Virus record (IMG/VR): IMGVR_UViG_2823949316_000001
Span: 69,531-95,542 of that record
DNA: 26,012 bases
Source of the DNA: a virus
Lineage: Duplodnaviria; Heunggongvirae; Uroviricota; Caudoviricetes
Direction: 5' to 3' (one strand)
Both the position numbers and the translations under genes were made by a program. The first letter of the stretch is position 1. Each line of letters starts with the position of its first letter. The notes beneath the pieces were generated by a model. It saw nothing but the letters and a program-made list of their open reading frames with translations, made no database searches and was not told where the DNA came from. This document shows positions 24,693 through 26,012 of this stretch, one piece after another.

Positions 24693-24708
24693 ATTGTGGC
24701 ATCACGCC
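24693..24708 (-). promoter_or_regulatory. Late-promoter-like motif, copy 8 (GGCGTGAT-GC-CACAAT), overlapping the integrase stop codon
   Basis: Minus strand GGCGTGAT GC CACAAT AACCAT A; 16/17 identical to copy 3. Confidence 0.68.
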
Positions 24709-26012
24709 ACGACTTTTATCATCGGCTCGCCCTGGGCTGGCGGCGTGCCACCCGCCAGGACGATCCCCATCCAGGCCGACCACTTGGCCATGGCCGTGCG
24801 CATCTGCGGCAGGTAATCCGCCCGGTCGTAGTTTTTCGAACCCGTGTCGTTCTTGGCGTGCTGCTGGATCAGGTCACGGGTGAAACGGTCGACGCCGGCG
24901 TCGTGGCTGCGGCTCTTCCATGTGCGGCGGATGTCCCGGGTCTGGAAGTGGGGCAGGTTCACGTCAGGACGCTCGAGCCAGCGGCCGATCGCCTGGTTGA
25001 TGCTGCGGTGGCAGATCAGATCGTCCTGGCTGCCGGTGCGGGCTGGGAACAGCGGGCCGTCGCCGTGCTTGTCGATCAGCAGCTGCAGGGTCGGGATGAC
25101 CACCGCCGGCAGCGGCACCGTGTGGGCGTGCTTCCCGCCCTTGGTCTTGCTCGCCGGCATCTTCCACACCTGGTTGGCCAGGTCGATCTCGGCGCCCTCG
25201 ATGCGCAGGGTCTCCTGCACCCGCTGGCCGCAGCCGATCAGCAGCCGGACGCAGGCGCCGGTCTCCAGGCCGAAGCCGCCATCGTCGTCCAGGGTGGCCA
25301 GCCACAGGGCGCGGATCTCGTCGGCGCTCAGGTTGCGGTCGCGGGTCTTGATCGCGCCTTCATCCTTGGCCACGTCCGCCGCCGGGTTCCGGGTAATGCC
25401 CCAGTCGATGCGCTGATCGACCGGAACGGTGTAGTCGTTGGCCGACGTGATGGCCCAGGCGAAGGCCGAAGCGATGTAGGAACGGGCCTTGTCGGCGGCG
25501 CCACGTTTCCCGCGCTGGTAGAATTTGGACACATGGTTGACCACGTCGAGCGGGGCGACTTCCGCCGCCGCGCGGGTGCGTCCCAGGTCGTCAGCGGCCG
25601 ATGGCACACGCTTCGACTTGAGCAGCATCCGCTCGACTTCCGGGGCGCTGGCCTGGCCTGATGCCTTCAGCTGGTCGACGTAACCCTGGAACATGCGCTC
25701 GACGGTCGCCTGGTTGACCTCGGCCTTGGCGGGTCGCAGCTCGGCGGCCGGATCCAGGCCCTCGGCCACCTGGGCGAAAATCTTGCGGGCCAGCTCGCGG
25801 GCCTTCTCCGGCGGCATGTCGCTGCAGCGCGCCAGGGTCATCTTGCGCTGGGTCTTGGCCGCGCTCTTCACCCGGTACCGGACGACATAGGTCTTGCGAC
25901 CGCTGGCCTGGATGCGCACGCCGAAGCCCTCGAGCTCGCTGTCCCAGTGCCACGAATCGCCGCTGGCCGGGGCCTTCAAATTATCCACAGCCGTCTTCGT
26001 CAGTTTTGCCAT
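24702..26012 (-). CDS. int: Tyrosine integrase with N-terminal arm-DNA-binding domain (436 aa)
   Basis: MAKLTKTAVDNLK...WDSELEGFGVRIQASGRKTYVVRYR arm-binding start; catalytic R (GQRVQE), K (SKTKGG), RDIRR, QHA and Y (KNYDRADY). Confidence 0.93.
   Translation of the reverse strand: MAKLTKTAVDNLKAPASGDSWHWDSELEGFGVRIQASGRKTYVVRYRVKSAAKTQRKMTLARCSDMPPEKARELARKIFAQVAEGLDPAAELRPAKAEVNQATVERMFQGYVDQLKASGQASAPEVERMLLKSKRVPSAADDLGRTRAAAEVAPLDVVNHVSKFYQRGKRGAADKARSYIASAFAWAITSANDYTVPVDQRIDWGITRNPAADVAKDEGAIKTRDRNLSADEIRALWLATLDDDGGFGLETGACVRLLIGCGQRVQETLRIEGAEIDLANQVWKMPASKTKGGKHAHTVPLPAVVIPTLQLLIDKHGDGPLFPARTGSQDDLICHRSINQAIGRWLERPDVNLPHFQTRDIRRTWKSRSHDAGVDRFTRDLIQQHAKNDTGSKNYDRADYLPQMRTAMAKWSAWMGIVLAGGTPPAQGEPMIKVVA

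Larger units (their letters stand above)
1..26012. mobile_element. Prophage / temperate myovirus segment (tail, baseplate, lysis, integrase)
   Basis: Contiguous contractile-tail genes, holin-endolysin-spanin cassette and a tyrosine integrase with arm-binding N-terminus. No host housekeeping genes in the window. Confidence 0.95.

Noticed and set aside
1667-24708. Idea that the octamer copies are recombination sites for the integrase or an invertase (explaining the inverted gene)
   Set aside because: No matching inverted copy near 820 to bound an invertible segment, and the fixed spacing to a -10-like hexamer and to ATG fits promoters much better.
1-26012. CRISPR arrays, tRNA/rRNA genes, IS elements, att sites, defence genes
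   Set aside because: None seen; the window is almost fully coding and the short intergenic gaps are explained by SDs, hairpins and the promoter motif.

Overview
The window is the tail-lysis arm of a GC-rich (about 65% by eye) temperate myovirus of a Gram-negative host. It runs neck/head-tail genes, sheath, tube, chaperone with a probable +1 frameshift extension, tape measure with C-terminal lytic transglycosylase, hub, spike, PAAR, tube initiator, LysM-gp25 wedge, an inserted lower-GC tailspike, baseplate J/I-like genes, DUF4815-like and fibre genes, then a lysis cassette (holin, SAR endolysin, two extra membrane proteins, separated spanins). A TraR/DksA-like gene and a tyrosine integrase converge on it from the right. 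The main unexplained structure is a repeated promoter-like element, G(T/G)CGTGA(C/T)-N2-(C/G)A(C/T/A)(A/G)(A/C)T-N6-A, found 8 times at gene boundaries on both strands, with no consistent -35 box. In three cases the final A is the A of the start codon (predicted leaderless mRNAs). In three others a terminator-like hairpin sits at the very 5' end of the predicted transcript, including one that would free the holin ribosome-binding site. Together these suggest a phage late-transcription system with an unidentified regulator. Protein family calls rest on motif recognition and gene order, not on database searches.
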